Of a stretch of 64,000 nt of DNA, positions 1 to 11,170 are shown piece after piece (the first letter of the stretch is position 1; each line of letters opens with the position of its first letter). Under the pieces are notes generated by a model, which saw only the letters and a program-made list of their open reading frames with translations, made no database searches and had not been told where the DNA came from. The stretch is from NCBI RefSeq assembly GCF_018350175.1, contig NC_058373.1, positions 114,268,001 through 114,332,000 of the forward strand, written 5' to 3'. A program made the position numbers and the translations under genes. Source of the DNA: Felis catus (taxonomy: Eukaryota).

Positions 1-240
1 TTTTTTTGGTTTCCCAGTGCATATAAAACTTACGCTTATACTATACTGTAGCCTATTAGATGTGCAATAGAGTTATGTCTTCAAAAAAGTATATACCTTA
101 ACTAAAAAATACTTAATTGCTGGGGTGCCTGGGTGGCTCAGTCGGTGAAGCGTCCAACTTCATCTCAGGTCATGATCTCATGGTTCTTGGGGTCGAGCCC
201 CACATCAGGCTCTGCACCGACAGTGCGGAGCCTGCTTGGG

Positions 241-291
<51 letters not shown>

Positions 292-304
292 CTCCCCTGT
301 TTGT

Positions 305-343
<39 letters not shown>

Positions 344-925
344 AATAAATAAATACACATTTAAAAAATACTTTATTGCTAAAAAATGCTAACCATCATC
401 TGAGCTTCCAGTGAGTCCTTGCTGGTGGAGTGTCTTGCCTCTATGCTGATGGCTGCTAACTGTTGGGGTGGCTGTGGCAGTTTCTTAAAATAAGACGGCA
501 ATGAGGTTTGCCACGTCAGTTGGCTCTTCCTCTCACGAATGATTTGTCTGTGGCATGCGATGCTGTCTGTTGGCGTTTCGCTCCTTCCAAAATTGGAGGC
601 AATCTTCGCAAAATCTGCAACTGCCTTATCAACTAAATTTATGTCATATTCTAAATCCTCTGTGGTCAGCGCAACAAGCATCACGACATCTTCACCACTT
701 TCTTTGCTCATCTGTTGGCAGCAACTCCCACCTGTTCAAATTTTATCCTGAGATGGGCAACAATTCAGTCCCATCTTCAGCCTCTGCTTCTAACTCTCGC
801 TCTCCTGCTGTTTCCACCGCGTCGGCGGCGACTTCCTCCACTGAAGTCTTGCAACTTCACTTTGCAGAAAACGCAGTTTCTGCAAAGCCCAATAAAGCGA
901 AGCGCAATAAAATGAGGTATGCCTG
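1..925 (-). mobile_element. Internally deleted Tigger1 (TcMar-Tigger) DNA transposon, interrupted by a CanSINE; other end lies off-window
   Basis: Reverse complement from 925 reads CAGGCATACCTCATTTTATTGCGCTTCGCTTTATTG (Tigger1 5' TIR end). ORF 379-711(-) EDVV..TTEDLEYDINLVDKA..SIACHRQIIRERKSQ..QTSL.SYFKKLPQPPQ matches the Tigger1/TIGD1 transposase C-terminus. Bases 1-120 match the Tigger1 3' subterminal region. Confidence 0.9.
122..361 (+). mobile_element. CanSINE (tRNA-Lys-derived SINE) inserted in Tigger1
   Basis: GGGGTGCCTGGGTGGCTCAGTCGG head, (CT)n tracts, AATAAA tail; 19-bp TSD TAAAAAATACTT(A/T)ATTGCT at 103-121 and 362-380. Confidence 0.97.
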
Positions 926-1944
926 TGTCACTTCCTTTTATCCTACCCCTCTGAGGAATTGGGCAGACGTGCTCTGAACACATGACTCACGTAAAATACT
1001 ATTAAGACCAAACACATGCCGGGAATGAAACCGGACCAGCCCTTGTGTCTTCCTCTTTTCTGGAAGGTCTGGGAGGGTCACCCGCCCCTCCTCAAAGGCC
1101 CTGCTTCAAACACACAGCCCCCAGCCCCACCCCCTGCAGAGACACAGTTCCCAGAGGAGAGGAACTTAGATGGAGGGTGGGCAGGGCCTCTCTGGATGAG
1201 AGAAGGTAGTGGAATCTGTAAGCCAGCGTCTCTCAGCTTCCATTTTGGACTTTGCCTCTCCCAGAGTTGGTCCCCAGCCTTTCCCCAGGGCTGCCTACTC
1301 TTTGTTATGGGGGCGCTCTGCCACCTGTCTGCCTCCGGGTCCCACCATACTGCCCCTATCTGTTCCCTCCTCCGTCCCACGGTCCCCCTTCTCCCTTCCT
1401 TTTCCTCGGTCTTGCTGTGGGCTTGTCCTGGGTGCCATGGCATCCTGATTGGTGCAGCAGCATTTACCTGTTCATGTAATTCATGCAATGAGCACCTATT
1501 GGATGCTCAGACATGAAGGTTGCCCCTAAGGTCTTTGGGACAAGAGAGGGTTTTGCAGGGTCATGTGTCTGCCCCCTTCTGGTGCCAGGCCGTGGCCCAG
1601 AACCCTTGCTGTAGGGCACGTGGCTACAGGACCTGCCTCTTTTTGCCACTTCTCTGCCCCCTGAGGGACGTCTGGAATCCTTCTCTGTGAGACCGCCTAA
1701 GGGCCATCTACAGACCCCACTCCGGAGGGCCTGCCCTGGAAGCCCAGGTTTCCCCACGACCTTTTGAAGTCTACAGACCACTTGGAAAGTTGTCCTCCTT
1801 CCAGAATCACTGTCCGAAGAGGAGGGATAGGTTAGAAGTGTCGCCTCCAAGACATTTTCCATCTCACCTCAGGGATCATTCCTTCAGACCCTCCTACGTG
1901 TGGCTTTAAACATCAGTAGTGTAGGTTTTGATCAGACCCTGAGT

Positions 1945-2170
1945 TGTTTTTGTTTTGTTTTATTTTATTTTCTTAATGGAAGAAAAAAAAAAGGGTTTAT
2001 GTTCTCATGCTGGGAAGTTTAGGGAAAGCAGAACTATACAGAGAAGAGAATAAAAATAACCCATAATGTCAGTGCTTAGGGAGAGCCACTGTTGACATTT
2101 TGCATTACTCTCCTGAGCATATTGTTTTATGTACTTGAGATCATAGCTTTGGCCTCATATGTTTTGTTGT
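1945..2170 (-). mobile_element. Old L1ME-type 3' UTR fragment
   Basis: AAAATAACCCATAATGTCAGTGCTTAGGGAGAGCCACTGTTGACATTTTG resembles the antisense L1ME 3' end motif; appears to continue after 3400. Confidence 0.55.
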
Positions 2171-2221
2171 TAATTTTTTTATTGTGGTAAAATACACTAA
2201 AATTTACCATTTAAACCACTT

Positions 2222-2443
2222 AAAAAAATGTTTTAACGTTTATTTTTGAGAAAGAGAGAGAGGGAGAGAGAGCGTGCATGAGCAGGGGAGGGACAAAGAG
2301 AGGGGGAGACACAGAATCCAAAGCAAGCTCCAGGCTCTGAGCTGTCAGCACAGAGCCCGACGCGGGGCTCGAACTCACAGACTGCGAGATCATGACCTGA
2401 GTGGAAGTCTGACACTTAACCAACTGAGCCACCCAGAAGCCCC
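2222..2443 (-). mobile_element. CanSINE
   Basis: Antisense CanSINE body; degenerate 16-bp TSD ACCAT(T/C)TAAACCA(C/T)TT at 2206-2221 and 2444-2459. Confidence 0.96.
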
Positions 2444-3100
2444 ACCATCTAAACCATTTTTAAGTGTGCAGGTCAGTGACATTAAGCACATTCCTACTGT
2501 TGTGCAGCCATCACCACTGTCCATCTCCCGAACTCTTGTCATCTGGCCAGACTGAAACTCTGTACCCTTTAAACACTAACTCCCCAGCCCCCAGCCCCCC
2601 ACCAGCCCCTGGCAGCCACCATTCTGCTCTCTGTCTCTATGACTTTATCTACTCTCAGTGTCTCATGTAAGTGGTCTCATATACTTGTATTTTTGTGACT
2701 GGCTTATTTCATAATGTTCTCACTGTTCTCATGTTGTAGCATCTGTCAGAACTTCCTTCCTGTTTAAGCCTGAATAATATTCCACTGTAGGTAGAGCCGC
2801 ATTTCGCTTATCTATTCATCCATCAGTAGTCACTTGAGTTGCTCTCATGTTTTAGCTATAATGAATAATGCTGCTGTAAACATGGGTGTACAAATAATCT
2901 CTCTGAGACCCTGCTTCAAATTCTTGGGGGTATATACCCAGAAGTAAAATGGCTGGATCACATGGTAATTCTATTTTTAATTTTTTGAGGAGCTGCTATA
3001 CTGTTTCCTACGTTGGCTGTACTGATTCACATTCCCTCCAACCATGCACAAGAGTTCAATTCCTTCTCCAGATCCTCCCCAACATTTGTTATTTTCTGGG

Positions 3101-3329
3101 TTTTTTTTAAATAATATATTCTATAGTTTTTATTTATCACAAACAGATGGATATTTTATTTTAGACAGCGCGAGTGAGGGAGCAAGTGGGGGAGAGAGAG
3201 AAATAATCTAAGCAGGCTCTACACTTAGCACAGAGCCTGACATGGCCCTCAGTCGCATGACCCCTGAGATTATGACCTGACCAAAACCAAGAGTTGGACG
3301 CTCAACTGACTGAGCCATCCAGGTGCCCC
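3101..3329 (-). mobile_element. Older, diverged CanSINE
   Basis: Ends ...CTGAGCCATCCAGGTGCCCC; CCAAGAGTTGGACGCTC insert typical of older CanSINE subfamilies. Confidence 0.9.
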
Positions 3330-3565
3330 TGGGCTTTTCTGAGAGTAGCATCCTAATGGGTGTGAGGCCCCTGCTTGTTTTTTAAGCTTACCTTCTGTTG
3401 TAAGTATTATCACTAAAAACTTCAGACACAGACCCCTCTCTCATTCTCTTACTATTAGAAATTTGGGATTTTTTTTTTCTTTCAGTATTTTTGCTGTTAC
3501 AAATAAAATTGCAACAAAAGTTTGTGCATAAATTCTTGCTGCACTATATATTATTTCCATAAGCA

Positions 3566-3756
3566 AGGATTAACAGGTAAAGTACAGGATGCCCAGTGAA
3601 ATCTGAATTTCAGATAAACAATGAATAATTTTATAGTACAAGTTGCCCAAAATATTGCTGGGAACAAACTTTCCTTGAAAAGTATTTGTTGTGTGCCTGA
3701 AATTCACATTTAACTGGGTTTCTTATGTTTTTTTATTTGCTAAATCTAGCAACCTT
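3566..3756 (+). mobile_element. MER53 palindromic MITE
   Basis: TACAGGATGCCCAGTGAAATCTGAATTTCAGATAAACAATGAATA...CTGAAATTCACATTTAACTGGG...TTTATTTGCTAAATCTAGCAACC matches recalled MER53 consensus; internally self-complementary. Confidence 0.85.
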
Positions 3757-4676
3757 ACCATAGAAAGAATTCCCAGCAGTTGGATTAATAGAGCAAAGTT
3801 GATGAACATTTTCAAGATTCTGAATTCCTATGGTCAAAGGTCTTTTCAGAAAAACACTGCCAGTTTCCTCTCCCCCCAGAGTAAATGAAAATTCTGGTTT
3901 CCTTACAAAAGTGGCAGCTTTGAGTTCTTCCACGAAAAAATAAACAATACTTCACTTCTTTGATAGGTGGAAAATAACCATTCCAAAAGTTTCGATTATC
4001 AGTGAAACTGACCCTTCAGTGCCAAGGGCCGGTCTTTAACATTTCCCTTATGTTAACTATGTGCTCCTGACTTCGCTTATCTTTTTGTTTTTCTTGTCAA
4101 ATTACATGAACTCTTCAAGGAAGATAACCTTCTGTGTTATTTTGCTGCAAATATTTCTCTTAGCTTGTTTGCCTTTTAATTAAGTTTCTATTATTTTCCA
4201 AAATAAAGGCATGTAAACATTCTATATAGACAAATTTCTAGCCGCTTTCTTGCTCTCGGTCCACAGTCCCTCCTCATCTAGAGACTAGGTGTATCCAAGT
4301 ATATTTCCTTCGAGAAATCTGTATGGGTTCTTTTTATTGGTTTTTACATTTAACTCGTTAAATCATCTGGAGCTTATTTGGAAACGATATACACTGAGCT
4401 TCTAAATTAACTTTTCTCTCAAATCTTTGTTTCAGTTCTATTTGCTGAATAAAATCCTTCCCTTCCCAGTGATTTGTGGTGCCTCTTAGTTTCATACATA
4501 AAGCAAATTCCATTTTTCTTAAAAGTGACCTTATTTAGGTCATTTAATCATTCACGCATCCAACAAGTATTTAGTAAGCATCTTCTGTAGGTCAGATGTA
4601 TTTTTAAGATTTCTTCTGACATTAAAATTCTAACTATAAAGGAAATTCTATCTATCCTCAGATCATTGGAGGATTG

Positions 4677-4811
4677 TAAGTAAAGCAAGTTATTGACATC
4701 TTATGACATAATGTTATATGTCATATGTCATTATATTATATGTCAATTATAATATGTTATAATATGTCATAATATGTCAATAACTTGCTTTCCTTAATAT
4801 GTCAATAACTT
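4677..4811. repeat. 34-bp inverted repeat with AATATGTCAT-like tandem spacer and a following direct repeat
   Basis: Arms 4677-4710 and 4763-4796 are reverse complements at 32/34 positions; 4771-4786 recurs at 4796-4811. Confidence 0.9.
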
Positions 4812-5177
4812 TATTTATAGGAATTTACTTATGTGTCTTACAGTCATCTATTTTACTGTAGCTTAATTTTATTCATCTCCTTTCTAAGACTTTTACCTGT
4901 TATTGCCACACCGTGTGTCACTGCATCAAAAGAAACTTCAAAATGTTTGCTATAGAATAAAACTATGTAGTAAAAGTTACAGCTGACATCCTTATTGTCT
5001 CTCTACATTTAATGAGAAAACATTTAATGTGCCATTAAGAATAACTTTGGCTTTTTGTTTGAGATAAAAAAGTATTTTCATGATAACAAAGGAATTGCTC
5101 TTCTTATTTTTCTAAGACATTTTTTAAAAAGGGAAAATCAGGAATGATTAATTAATTTTATTAAATGTATTTTATAA

Positions 5178-5286
5178 GGGTACCTGGCTGGCTCAGTTGG
5201 TAGAACGTGTGACTCTTGATCTCAGGGTTGTAGGTTCGAGCCCCGTGCGGAGTGTAGAGATTACTTGAATGAATGAATGAATGAAT
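5178..5286 (+). mobile_element. Short tRNA-Lys(CTT)-like CanSINE with (GAAT)n tail
   Basis: TGGCTCAGTTGGTAGAACGTGTGACTCTTGATCTCAGGGTTGTAGGTTCGAGCCCC followed by GTGTAGAGATTACTT; decayed 15-bp TSD 5163-5177 / 5287-5301. Confidence 0.85.
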
Positions 5287-5499
5287 GAACATATTTCGTA
5301 ACACCAATAAGGTTTTTGTACCATTTTTTTCTTTATGAGTTTTCCATTTTGAAGTACAAGTACTCCTCATCCAGTGGGATTGCATGAAGCAGAATTAGAG
5401 TGAATTTACACAATCCGCATCACATTATATGATATAGTGTTTTTGTGAACAGCAACTCTGAACTCGAACTGTATATTAACGTCTGACTGCACGTGCCTA

Positions 5500-5648
5500 T
5501 TAACAAAAAAATTTGCAGACCCCTGAATATATGTGTGTTGTGTTTTACAATGTATGTATTATAGTAAAAAAAAATTTTTTTTAACATTCTAATCTTTTTC
5601 ACTTACCCTAATAAATCAGCTTGCACATACCCTACTCTGGAGACCAGT
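5500..5648 (-). mobile_element. Possible hAT-Charlie family fragment
   Basis: Reverse complement GACTGGTCTCCAGAGTAGGGTATGTGC resembles Charlie-type termini (CAGTGGTCTCCAAAGTGGGGTG). Confidence 0.35.
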
Positions 5649-5875
5649 CATATAAAAGATGAGTATTAGCAAGATATTTGTGGGTTCATTCTAGCCTGGG
5701 CATATACAGAGTTCTGTGAAACATCTGCACATTCATTTCTATCAGTCACCAAGACTTACAAATAATGTATATCAATTAGAATATACACACTTCAAAATGT
5801 CCTCTGAAGCTTAAAGAAGAATTTTTAAACTATTGGGATCAAGCTCAAAAATGGCAAAACCACACATGGATGAAT

Positions 5876-5899
5876 ACACACACACACACACACACACAC
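5876..5899. repeat. (CA)n microsatellite
   Basis: Directly visible. Confidence 0.95.
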
Positions 5900-5924
5900 A
5901 ATGAGGGAAAAGCAAGTTATTCAA

Positions 5925-6038
5925 CTCTGTCTGACCTTGGGCAAATTGCATTGCCTCTTTGGGACTCAGTTTCCTCATTACTAAAATGACAGGGTTGGTC
6001 TAGATGACTGCCAAGTCCCTTCCTGCACTGACATTTTG
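5925..6038 (+). mobile_element. MIR/MIR3 SINE core
   Basis: TGACCTTGGGCAAATTGCATTGCCTCTTTGGGACTCAGTTTCCTCATTACTAAAATGACAGGGTTGGTCTAGATGA. Confidence 0.85.
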
Positions 6039-6499
6039 TAACAGTGATGACCCTGGGGGAGTATTGGGTTAGGGAGAAGCAGATCTGTGTTTCAGCCAGC
6101 AGGACAGCTCTGTCATTAGGAAGTCAAGCAGAGTGAGTCCCAGGGCGGATGGCCAGGAGCACAGGGTACGCTAAAATCGATTCAGGCCATCCCCAGAACA
6201 ACTGTGACACCAGTCAAAGCAGTGGAATATGAAAGACTTGGAAATCTTTAGGAGAGATGAGAGGAAGACAACATAAGGACTAAAGACTTGGAAAATGGGT
6301 CCTCTGGGGAAAAGTTAAAGGTGGAATTCTGATTTGAGAAGCACGTACATTAAGATGGGTCTAGCATCAAGCTCCTGGCATTCAAGCAAGTATTTCAAGA
6401 GATTGCAAGAGTCTTAGATGAAGATCTTTTTGTTGCTGAGACCACCTCGAGCTAGATCATAGAAATCCACCGCCAGAAACACAAGCGTAACCAGATTCA

Positions 6500-6900
6500 T
6501 GGGAACAGACAGGCTGCGAGGAACTCACACCTCTCTCTCTTGGTGGCTTTGTGTTCTGTGTGTTCTCAGAAACTGTGCTTCCCATTCTTACACCCACTTT
6601 CTACCCCACCATAGTAAGGCCAGCTCCCAGATGAACATCATGGCCCCCACTCCACAGCTACGTTTTCAGCTCCAGTGTCCACTGCCCATTGGCCCAGTCT
6701 TTCCATTTTCAATCCGAGATGCTCCTGAAAGGACTTATTTATCCCAGCTCCTCTTTTTGAGCCGGGCCACCCCAGTCATCAGTCATCATTAGTGAGTCAC
6801 CAGTAAGTGGTCACCCCTGGGCCAGGTGCCCACCCCTGGTCCGATCACGCCAGGAGGGGTGATGAGGCATGCGCTCCAGAACATGGCTGTTTACGGCAGA
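6500..6900. mobile_element. Possible ancient ERVL/MaLR LTR remnant
   Basis: GGGCCAGGTGCCCACCCCTGGTCCGATCA...AACATGGCTG resembles motifs of old ERVL/MaLR LTRs; family not resolved. Confidence 0.35.
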
Positions 6901-8306
6901 TTTCCTCAGATCTGCATGTGGGAAGACCGGCCATGATGAACATCTTCAGCAAAAAGACCAACTGTCTTTTAATCTGAATACTGATATAAGAGCAAAATAA
7001 GGCGGATCCTGATCTCCTATGCAGGAGTCAGCAATAGCACTTCTCAGGCCACTCACTAAAAGAACGTAAGACTCCCCCTCCTTGAAGCCTGCTGACGGTG
7101 CTGCCTGGAGGCGGTGGCCTGGCTGCAGCCTCTGAGAGTCACCTCTTGGCCTGTCGGCCTATGAGAATATAAAGCCACTTTCCCTGCCGGGGCCTAATGT
7201 CTCTCAAGAATGTCCCATCTTCGCTGATGAGAAGTCAGCTATTTGAGGACTTTACAAAGCACCAAATCTAATTAACCACAGAAAGAGTTCTACTGCTTAA
7301 CCAGAAGATGCCAGAAACAGCCCAAGGATCTTTAGGCCCTCCCAGGCTGGCTTGGTCGGTTTTCATCCATTTTGAATATGCAGTTTCTTCTTGTTTCCCT
7401 GAACCAACACACAACCCAATACCTTTGAGTCATGATCCCATTCTTTAATGCTGTGTGTGGCTTTTCCACTCAGCACCCTGCTCAGAAGTCCCCATTGTCT
7501 TCCAGGACATAGAAAATGAGACATTAATGAATAAGTGGCCAGGGTCATTGTTTAGAGTCTCTTTCTTGCACTGGATTTAATCACTCTACCAACCTCAAAT
7601 ATAGGCAGGCAAAAAACCCGCTTACCTCAAACTCAAGGGCCTTGAGAACATAGACTGCAAATCAGAGTTAGACTTCATCTACCCACAATACAACTCCCCA
7701 AACACCTCACTGTCTAAAATCATCCCAGAACCTGGAGATAAGCCAAGTGACGTCTAAGCAGCCAAAATTATCTTCATAGCCTCATATTGGTTTATTTAAA
7801 GTAGCATATAATTCAAAGCAACTGTCCCCAGAGAGCTCGATGAACTATTAGCCCCTACGAGAGACTGGATGAATCCAACTGGAAGAGAAAAGGCTAGTTC
7901 CTCACTGATAATATATTTAATTTTTTCTTTACACAGAATTTTAATGAGTTTGCATATCTGGTGTCTTAACCCAGAACAGACTAAAAGAAGTTGGGTCATG
8001 AGGTCACTAAAGCTAAAGTGGCATGCTCCCTGATAAAAAGGAGACCGAGGAACCCCAAAAGCCCAGCAATAGAAACCCACTTGGAATAGAAACAAATGAC
8101 CACTGACCACACATATCTCAAAGGTTTGGGCACTACTGGAATAACAGCACAGTGACGAAAGCTTATAAAAATGACCCTAGGCAGAACAAAAATGTTAAAT
8201 TCAAATCGGAATATTCTAGTTTAAAAACTGGGAAGTATGTAACTTGTTTTTCAAGAAAGATTTCCATCCAAAATGATGAATTTTTTGTGTGTGTTTATTT
8301 ATTTTT

Positions 8307-8525
8307 ATTATTTTTTTTATAATGTTTTTATTTATTTTTGCGACAGAGAGAGACAGAGCATGAGCAGGGGAGGGGCAGACAGAGAGGGAGACACAGAATC
8401 GGAAGCAGGCTCCAGGCCCTGAGCTGTCAGCACAGAGCCCGATGTGGGGCTCGAACCCACAGACTATGAGATCATGACCTGAGCTGAAGTCGGACGCTTA
8501 ACCGACTGAGCCACCCAGGCGGCCC
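8307..8525 (-). mobile_element. CanSINE inserted in the tail of the neighbouring CanSINE
   Basis: Full antisense body; 21-bp direct repeat TGTGTGTGTTTATTTATTTTT at 8286-8306 and 8527-8547. Confidence 0.96.
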
Positions 8526-8526
8526 A

Positions 8527-8733
8527 TGTGTGTGTTTATTTATTTTTGAGCGCGAGAGAGACAGAGAGCGAGCGGGGGAGGGGCAGAGAGAGAGGGAGAC
8601 ACAGAATCCAAAACAGGCTCCGGGCTCCGAGCTGTCAGCACAGAGCCCGACACATGGTTTGAACCCACGAACCGTGGGATCATGACCTGAGCCGAAGTCC
8701 GATGCCTAACCGACTGAGCCACCCAAGCGCCCC
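8527..8733 (-). mobile_element. CanSINE (host copy)
   Basis: Antisense body ending ...GAGCCACCCAAGCGCCCC. Confidence 0.96.
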
Positions 8734-9989
8734 AAAAAGGATTAAATTTTTAAATGTGATGTTTCAAAGGGCAAGCTGTTAGCTAGCTGGAAAGCTCCAC
8801 TGCCCACAGTGACGATTTTCTTTTTGGTTAACTGATGTCTCACTATAGCTCCATTTGAACCCTCTAGACTTTTCCTTAAAGGACATTAGGGCACCTAGGC
8901 AGCCGGGGAAACGCTGTTACTTTGACTTACATGCTATTTGGAATAAACCAATATGGGCTTAAGAAGGTTTTACTGTATTTGGTCTGCAGGCTTTGCTTGG
9001 TACCATCTCTTTAAAAGGCTGCCTGCCTTTGAACTAATCCTCTATTTATAATCCAGCTGGAGAAAGGGCTCAGCAGTATATACAAATTCCTAGGATTTAC
9101 GGAGTGCTGCTCACGTATTCCTGAGCCCCCTTGCAGAGCCCCTGCCTCCGGCCTCGCTTCTCCAGAAAGCACCCTGCATCATCAAGGACACATCTTGGTG
9201 CCGTGGCAGACAGGCTGCCTGGCATGCCCAGGAATGCACCCAAGTTCCTGGTGGGGAGCACAGGGCCCGGCTGGGGACAGGGGCATGAGCCGGACGAGGC
9301 CCAGTAAACACCATCGCTCACTCTTGACGGCCTGCACTGTTCAGATGCCCTTTTCTAAGGGCCAAGGGCTGAGGCTCTCCTCTATCAAGCCGTTCTTTTC
9401 TTATAACTCATTCCCTCCCCCAAACGACGCCAACTTCACATTTTCCTTTTTTCCCCCTCACACAAATTATTGCAAGTCATGGCAGTCTAAATATAGCCCC
9501 CGGTCTGTTTTCCAGATGCGGAGGCCTCGACATTTTCCTGATGTCTCTCCAGCTGCCTCTTTTCTCTTGCTCTCCTTTTTCCTGCTTTCTCACCTTTTTT
9601 TTCCCCCCTCCCCGATGTTCCTCCCTCTGCCTCCCAGGCTCCTCTTGTCTTTCCCGCCTTCCCAGTTCAAAGGAAAATTCTAGAAGCAAGACCTGAAGCC
9701 TGGACAGCCCTGTCCCCAGCTCTCCATCAGTACTAGTGGTGGAATAGAGATATTATCTAAGGAAGAGGGTCCCCCAGGATTCTCAACAATGAGTTCCCAT
9801 GAGTTCTTGTCACCCCTTCACGTACTTGCTTTGTCCAGAAGCCATTTACTCTCCATCCTATCTCCACCTACCTTGCATTGGCTTCTTCACCTTGTGCCCT
9901 GGGGTGCCGAAGAGTGGCTGGTCACTCTCTCCATTTAGCAACCTCCTGTGCTATTGGAAAATGCCCACTGGGACACACCTCAGCCGTCA

Positions 9990-10160
9990 CTCCTTTGAGG
10001 TTAAATATCAATTCCTTCTGCCTTTCTTCATCAGGACTAAGTGCCCAGAGCTTTAATCATTTTCATGGATTACTTCTGTACTGTCTCCCAGTTGGCCATA
10101 ACTCATGTAAGATGTGGAGCTGGGCCTTGAGTTCTCTGCCTTAATAAGGTTTGACTCTTG
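9990..10160 (-). mobile_element. Possible L3/CR1 fragment
   Basis: AGGTTAAATATCAATTCCTTCTGCCTTTCTTCAT...TGTAAGATGTGGAGCTGGG resembles antisense L3. Confidence 0.4.
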
Positions 10161-10566
10161 CTGCGTGAGCGTGCTGGAGGGATTCAGCTGACACTTCACA
10201 ATCACAGGCCACTGGCTAATGAAAAATGACATGCCACAGTGAAGACGTGTGTCCGTGCCTATCTGGAGATCCACTCTGATGGTGGAATGCCAGTCCTTTT
10301 CTGCCCTGGAAGCAAATTTTGATTCAAGAACATATTTTATCCTGTCCTTTTCAATATACTTGGTCACTATTCGTCAACTTTCTTAAGTTCTAAGTTAGTG
10401 GTTTCAAGGCTACCCACATGCCACAGATAGAGGGTATATGAAACAACTAGCCTGTCTATATACTTATCTATTCTCAAAACAGCCATTGGACACCTCTTTA
10501 GGCCAAGGCCTGGAGATAAAAAGATACAGATAAGAAGTCACCTCAAGCGATACACATTCTAGTATG

Positions 10567-10648
10567 CAGTGTCTCAACCTGTTAACATTTGGGACAAGAA
10601 AGTCTTTGTTGGAGGCAGAGTCACCCCAGGGTTGAGAACCACTGGTCT
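10567..10648 (-). mobile_element. Short, internally deleted MER20-like hAT-Charlie remnant
   Basis: CAGTGTCTCAACC ... GGTTGAGAACCACTG inverted termini with AACATTTGGGACAAGAAAGTCTTTGTTG inside. Confidence 0.6.
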
Positions 10649-10669
10649 GATGGGTTGGACAAATATATA

Positions 10670-11170
10670 AATGATGATTATAGTTCAAAGATGGTTATAG
10701 TTGAAGAAGGTGTGAATGCAGGGCTGTGCACGGAGTTAGAGGCCATTTGAGCTGTGTTCTGAAGGATGGACACAAATTTTCCAGGCAGAGACAATGTTAG
10801 AGAAAGAATATTATAGGCAGATGGAATAGTGTGTGCAAAGGCCCGGGGGTATCACTGAACAGTTAATGTACCTGGCGTGGCGGCTGCCTGGGGAGGAACA
10901 ACAGGAGATGAGGACAAATTGGGGTTTGGTCCCAGTTTATAAAGGGCCTTGTGTGACTAAGATGCTTGCACTTGATCCCGAGGAAAAGGGGAAACAAGAT
11001 TTTTAAGCTAGGGAGCATGACGAAGGCATGAGATGCATGATAGGGGAGAGATTACGACAGTTACTCAGGAGGAGGTGATGTGAGCTTGGGCTAAGGCAGT
11101 GGTGATTGGGAAGGGAAGGAAGAGCAGGATTTGAGAACTCATTCTGAGACAGAATAGGAAGGACTCAGAA
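10670..11170 (-). mobile_element. L2 LINE fragment
   Basis: ATTTGAGCTGTGTTCTGAAGGATG..., GGAATAGTGTGTGCAAAGGCCCGG, GGGCTAAGGCAGTGGTGATTGGGA: antisense L2 motifs. Confidence 0.8.

Larger units (their letters stand above)
2175..3367 (-). mobile_element. L1MB-type LINE-1 3' end, interrupted by two CanSINEs
   Basis: TTTATTGTGGTAAAATACA..., CAGCCATCACCACTGTCCATCTC, TGTGACTGGCTTATTTCA, GGGTATATACCCAGAAGT, CATGGTAATTCTATTTTTAATTTTTTGAGG: typical antisense L1M 3' UTR/ORF2-end motifs. Confidence 0.85.
3400..5160 (-). mobile_element. Highly decayed L1ME-type fragments (host of MER53)
   Basis: TTTTGCTGTTACAAATAA..., AGAATTCCCAGCAGTTGGATTAATAGAGCAAAG..., TTTACATTTAACTCGTTAAATCATCTGGAGCTTATTT resemble antisense ancient L1 ORF2; boundaries approximate. 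Confidence 0.55.

Noticed and set aside
379..711. ORF similar to TIGD1/Tigger transposase
   Set aside because: Only the C-terminal remnant in an internally deleted element; no DNA-binding or DDE domain, so a fossil rather than a gene.
3566..3756. MER53 hairpin as a microRNA precursor (MER53 gave rise to the miR-1302 family)
   Set aside because: The palindrome is intrinsic to the MITE and this copy is diverged; no expression evidence can be read from sequence.
5178..5260. Functional tRNA-Lys(CTT) gene
   Set aside because: Stem mismatches, CanSINE-type head and 3' extension, tail and TSD show it is a retroposed SINE.
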